Shown: positions 60,064 to 64,000 of the stretch, in pieces
How positions within the stretch are numbered: position 1 is the stretch's first letter
How the letters are laid out: each line of letters opens with the position of its first letter
Source of the DNA: an uncultured Candidatus Rokubacteria bacterium
GTDB taxonomy: Bacteria; Methylomirabilota; Methylomirabilia; Rokubacteriales; CSP1-6
Reading direction: 5' to 3'
Length of the DNA: 64,000 nt
Assembly: GCA_963762145.1 (NCBI GenBank)
Contig: CAVXJS010000014.1
Span: 609,774 to 673,773 of the forward strand
Translations under genes and position numbers: made by a program
Notes under the pieces: model-generated
The model's input: the letters and a program-made list of their open reading frames with translations, nothing else
Told to the model about the DNA's origin: nothing
The model's database searches: none

Positions 60064-60435
60064 ATGATGACCACCGACGATCTGCACACGTTCTTCGAGC
60101 GAGGCTGGAACCGTCACGACGTCGACCTGCTGATGACCTTCATGGCCGAGGACTGCGTCTTCGAGTCCGCCGCGGGCCCCGAGGCCTGCGGCACGCGCCA
60201 CGCCGGGCGCGAGCGCGTGCGCCAGGCGTTCGCGCGGGTGTTCGAGGTGTACCCGGACGCGCGGTTCGGGGAAGCGCGCCACTTCGTCGCGGGCGACCGC
60301 GGCGTCTCGGAGTGGCGCTTCACCGGCACCACCGCGGAGGGCAAGACCGTCGAGGTGGACGGCTGCGACCTCTTCACCTTCGCGGGCGGCAAGATCGCGC
60401 GCAAGAGCGCGTATTTCAAGACCCGCACCGCCTGA
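60064..60435 (+). CDS. NTF2/SnoaL-like protein
   Basis: WNRHDVD, EWRFTGT, GCDLFTF..GKI. Confidence 0.88.
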   Translation: MMTTDDLHTFFERGWNRHDVDLLMTFMAEDCVFESAAGPEACGTRHAGRERVRQAFARVFEVYPDARFGEARHFVAGDRGVSEWRFTGTTAEGKTVEVDGCDLFTFAGGKIARKSAYFKTRTA

Positions 60436-60444
60436 CCGGCGACG

Positions 60445-60474
60445 TGTAAACGCCACGGGACGAGACTCCGTCTG
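60445..60474 (+). promoter_or_regulatory. Possible ECF sigma promoter
   Basis: TGTAAAC-N17-CGTCTG upstream of the secreted-protein gene. Confidence 0.35.
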
Positions 60475-60535
60475 ACGGGACATTAGCTGCCAGGGCCGGT
60501 CCCGGCCCAACCCCGTCACGAGGAGGAACAGTCCC

Positions 60536-60850
60536 ATGCACGTTGCCAGGATTGCCACGATCGGGATCGTCACGCTCGCGCTCGCCGTCCCCGCCTTCGC
60601 GCAGGAGACGCGCGTGGACCGCCGGCAGGACCGCCAGGAGCAGCGGATCGACAAGGGCGTCCAGTCCGGCGCCCTGACTCCCCGCGAGACCCGGAAGGTC
60701 GAGCAGGGTCAGCAGCACGTCGAGCGGCTCGAGACGAAGGCCCAGTCCGACGGCAAGGTCACGGCCCGGGAGAAGGGCCGGCTCGAGCACGCGCAGGACG
60801 TGCAGAGCAAGCGCATCTACAACCAGAAGCACGACGCCCAGACCCGTTAA
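60536..60850 (+). CDS. Small secreted helical-repeat protein
   Basis: Signal peptide; RQDRQEQRI..G.LT..E / DG.VT..E repeat pattern; SD GAGGAGG. Confidence 0.8.
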   Translation: MHVARIATIGIVTLALAVPAFAQETRVDRRQDRQEQRIDKGVQSGALTPRETRKVEQGQQHVERLETKAQSDGKVTAREKGRLEHAQDVQSKRIYNQKHDAQTR

Positions 60851-61500
60851 CGCGGCAGGGCGCGGGCGGCGGCGAGGATCTCCTCCTCCGAGGGGAACTT
60901 GCCGACGCCCGCGACGCCCTCGGTGGCGCACTCGATGTTGGCCCAGCGGACGATGCCGTCGCGATCGATCAGGAACTGGCCCCTGAGCTGGGGAAACTGG
61001 CGATTCAGGTCGGCCTTGTCGGTGTCGTTCTCGGTGTAGCCGTCCTGCTTCGCCAGGGTGGCGGCGGCCTCCGGTATGGGCAGCGGCGCGGGAAAGTCGC
61101 CGTAGGGATTGATCCGTGTCGTCTGCATCTCCTTCAAGAACTCCGGGGTCGCCGCCGGCTTCGGCAGACCGTACGCGCGGTGCGTGGACATCTCCGGGTC
61201 GGCGGCCAGGCGCAGGGGGGTCGGCCGGTACTTGAAGTAGAGCCGGGCGTTCTCGGGGGCGGTGGCCACGACCCCCAGCGCCTCCACGCCGAGCGCCTTG
61301 AGCTTGCTCTCGACCTTGCCGATCTGCACGATCGATCGCCGGCAGAACGGACACCAGAGCCCGAGGAACAGGGCCAGGAAGACGGGGCTGCGGCCCCGGT
61401 AGTCGGCCAGCGAGATGGCTTCTGGCCGGTCGACGGCCGGGAGGCTGAAATCGGGCGCGGGGTCACCCGGCGCGACCGGCGGACGCGTTTCAGTCGTCAT
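60847..61500 (-). CDS. AhpC/TSA redoxin family protein (Cys form, WCPFC)
   Basis: GDPAPDFSLP, GLWCPFCRR, FLIDRDG. Confidence 0.88.
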   Translation of the reverse strand: MTTETRPPVAPGDPAPDFSLPAVDRPEAISLADYRGRSPVFLALFLGLWCPFCRRSIVQIGKVESKLKALGVEALGVVATAPENARLYFKYRPTPLRLAADPEMSTHRAYGLPKPAATPEFLKEMQTTRINPYGDFPAPLPIPEAAATLAKQDGYTENDTDKADLNRQFPQLRGQFLIDRDGIVRWANIECATEGVAGVGKFPSEEEILAAARALPR

Positions 61501-61524
61501 GATGTCGGACTCCTTCTGGGCAGG

Positions 61525-62570
61525 TCATCGATACGCGGCCAGGACCGCCTGCGCGAGCTCGCGCGTCCTGGCCGTGCCGCCCTGGTCGGGGGTGAGCACC
61601 TTCCCGTCCCGGTAGACGCGCGCCCACCGCGGCCTCGAGGCGCTGCGCCTCGGCGGTCATGCCCATGTGCTCCAGCATCAGGGCCGCCGACAGGATCGTC
61701 GCGGTGGGATTCGCGATGCCCTTGCCCGCGATGTCGGGCGCCGAGCCGTGGACGGATTCGAAATAGGCCCAGCCGTCGCCGAAGTTGCCGGACGGGGCGA
61801 GCCCGAGGCCGCCCGCGGTCTCCGCGCCCAGGTCGGACAGGATGTCGCCGTAGAGGTTCATGCACAGCACCACGTCCATCGCCTTCGGGAAGCGCACGAG
61901 GCGGCGCGCGGCGTCGTCCACGTGGAAGTGCTCGAAGGGCAGGCCCGCCTCGCGCACGATCTTCGCGACGATCTCGTCGTAGAGCCCGTCGGTGCGCGGC
62001 AGCACGTTCGACTTGGTCACCAGCGTGATCTTGCCCGGCTTGCCGCGCTGCTGCCGCCGGCGCGCCAGGTCGCAGGCGAAGCGGGCGATTCGCTCGGCGC
62101 CGCGCGGGGTGACCACCTTCACCGCGTAGCGGCCCTCGGTGCCGAAGTCCTTCAGGCGCTTTCCGGTCCGGTCGCGAGAGGTCCGGCAGGAGCCGCACGA
62201 TCTCGGCGAGGTCGCCCTCGCGGCCGGGGTAGAGGCCCTCGCTGTTCTCGCGCAGCAGCACGTAGTCGATGCCGTCGGGATCGGCCAGCGGCGAGCGCAT
62301 CCCCGGGAAGTAGCGGATCGGGCGCACCCCGGCCCACGCGGCCATCTCCCAGCGGAGCCAGGAGACCACCCGCGAGGTGGACGGCCCCGCCGCGCCGAAC
62401 AGCACGCCGTCGGCCTCGCGGGCCGCGCGCTTGGTCTCCTCGGGCAGGGGCGAGCCCTGGGCGGGCGTGAGGATCTTGAGCGGTAGCCCCGTGCCCATCA
62501 GCAGCTCGCACGTGGCGTCCACCACTTCGGGGCCGATGCCTTCACCCGGCAGCGCGACGATTGTCTTCAT
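61525..62570 (-). CDS. Isocitrate/isopropylmalate dehydrogenase family protein; frameshifts near 62175 and 61625
   Basis: PGEGIGPEV, RENSEG.Y, NLYGDILSD, HGSAPDIAGKGIANP. Confidence 0.88.
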
Positions 62571-62585
62571 GGGCCACCCCCTCCT

Positions 62586-62699
62586 GGGGTCAGGTCTTAC
62601 ATTCCGACATTTGCGGGCGGGTAACGGCTCCACGCTGCGCAGGTCGACAGATGTGCGAATCTACCACGATCGGGATGTTGGAATGTAAGACCTGACCCC
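62586..62699. mobile_element. MITE/REPIN-like element, family B (114 bp, 25-bp terminal inverted repeats)
   Basis: GGGGTCAGGTCTTACATTCCGACAT / ATGTTGGAATGTAAGACCTGACCCC, 24/25 complementary. Confidence 0.7.
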
Positions 62700-62716
62700 G
62701 GACAAAGGAGCCTGAC

Positions 62717-63589
62717 ATGGCCGACGCGATGTCCGCGATCCTCGAGACGACCCAGGCCGAGCGCCTGGCGACCGGCTTCGTCTTCACCGAGGGGCCGCTC
62801 TGGCACCCCGACGGCTTCTACTACTTCGTCGACGTGCGCGCGAGCATGCTCTACCGGGTCACCCCGGGGCGCCCGCACGAGGTGGTGCGCGAGAAGACCG
62901 GCGGCGGCAACGGCACCACGTTCGACCTGCAGGGGCGGCTCGTGCTCTGCGAGGGGGACAACCGGCGCGTCGTGCGGCAGGCCGCCGACGGCCGCTTCGA
63001 GGTGCTGATGGACCGGTTCGAGGGCAAGCGTCTGAACCGGCCCAACGACGTGGTCTGCACGTCCGACGGGAGCATCTACTTCACGGACCCGGGCCTGCGC
63101 GTGCCGCTGGCGGAGCGGGAGGTGCCGCACGCCGGCGTGTACCGCGTCGCTGCCGACGGCGCGGTGAGCCTCGTGGCGGACTTCGAGTACCCGAACGGGC
63201 TCGCGTTCTCAGCCGACGAGCGGCTGCTCTACGTGGCCAACACGCGCTGGGCGCAGTACATCCACGTGCTCGAGCTGGACGGCGACGGCCGCGTGCTGCG
63301 CCGGCGCATCTTCGCCGACATGTCCTCCGACGAGACCGACGGCGTGCCCGACGGCATGAAGGTGGACGTCGAGGGCCGCGTCTACTGCACCGGCCCGGGC
63401 GGCACCTGGGTCTTCGCGCCCGACGGCACGCGGCTCGGGATCATCCGCACGCCCGAGGTGCCGGCCAACCTGGCCTTCGGCGGCCCCGACCTCCGCACGC
63501 TCTTCTTCACCGCGCGCACCTCGGTCTACACGCTGCGCGCGAAGGTGCCGGGGCAGCCGCACCCGTGGTACCGGCTGCGGGCCCGGTGA
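62717..63589 (+). CDS. SMP-30/gluconolactonase family protein
   Basis: FTEGPLW, LNRPND, PNGLAFS, PDGMKVD, NLAFGG. Confidence 0.92.
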   Translation: MADAMSAILETTQAERLATGFVFTEGPLWHPDGFYYFVDVRASMLYRVTPGRPHEVVREKTGGGNGTTFDLQGRLVLCEGDNRRVVRQAADGRFEVLMDRFEGKRLNRPNDVVCTSDGSIYFTDPGLRVPLAEREVPHAGVYRVAADGAVSLVADFEYPNGLAFSADERLLYVANTRWAQYIHVLELDGDGRVLRRRIFADMSSDETDGVPDGMKVDVEGRVYCTGPGGTWVFAPDGTRLGIIRTPEVPANLAFGGPDLRTLFFTARTSVYTLRAKVPGQPHPWYRLRAR

Positions 63590-63593
63590 CGCG

Positions 63594-63992
63594 ATGCCCT
63601 TGCCGCGCCAGACGATCCTGGTCGTGGACGACGAGGACGACATCCGCGTGATCGTGCGCCAGATGCTGGCCACCGAGGGCTACGTCGTGCTGGACGCGAG
63701 CGATCCCCATCACGCGCTGCGCCTGGCCGGCCAGCAGCCCGTGGACCTGCTGATCACCGACGTGGTGATGCCGCTGATGCGGGGCACGGAGCTGGCCCAG
63801 CGCCTGCTGGCCCTGGTGCCCTCCGCGAAGGTGCTGCTCATGTCGGCGTTCAAGGTGGCGGAGATCACCGCGTCCGGGCATCCGTTTCTCCCGAAGCCCT
63901 TCACGCCCGACGCGCTGCTGGGCCGGGTCCGCGACCTCCTGCGGGACGAGCCCTCCCCGTTCGCGCGGAAGCCCCCCGCCCGCCCGCGCTGA
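63594..63992 (+). CDS. Single-domain response regulator
   Basis: ILVVDD, DVVMP, KPF. Confidence 0.92.
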   Translation: MPLPRQTILVVDDEDDIRVIVRQMLATEGYVVLDASDPHHALRLAGQQPVDLLITDVVMPLMRGTELAQRLLALVPSAKVLLMSAFKVAEITASGHPFLPKPFTPDALLGRVRDLLRDEPSPFARKPPARPR

Positions 63993-64000
63993 GCGCGCGC

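Noticed and set aside
11381-62570. Frameshifts in more than a dozen genes as programmed frameshifting or mass pseudogenisation
   Set aside because: They are 1-bp indels in GC runs, clustered by region (38.6-40.9 kb, 49-56 kb), with motifs intact and no slippery heptamers seen; most consistent with long-read consensus errors

Overview
High-GC bacterial chromosomal segment of about 70 densely packed genes. Most are catabolic, redox or transport genes: ABC substrate-binding proteins, four luciferase-like monooxygenases, a BVMO, LarA-family, CoxL-like, amidohydrolase, aminotransferases and KtrAB. The gene repertoire resembles Ca. Rokubacteria (inference). No rRNA, tRNA, CRISPR or transposase was seen. 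Many genes carry 1-bp frameshifts that look like long-read assembly errors. The standout is a TetR (NemR/ComR-like) operon with two consecutive predicted selenoproteins that the ORF track splits: a peroxiredoxin-like AhpC/TSA protein (W-U-P-Y-C, TGA 28975-28977) and an OsmC-like protein (ALAF-U, TGA 29609-29611). Each TGA sits at the catalytic Cys position and is followed by a SECIS-like hairpin, and a palindromic operator overlaps the promoter. Also present: two REP/MITE-like repeat families (one copy translated in frame inside an MFS gene), a sigma54+IHF promoter, an AraC-type 21-bp direct repeat and a possibly bistable intergenic structure.
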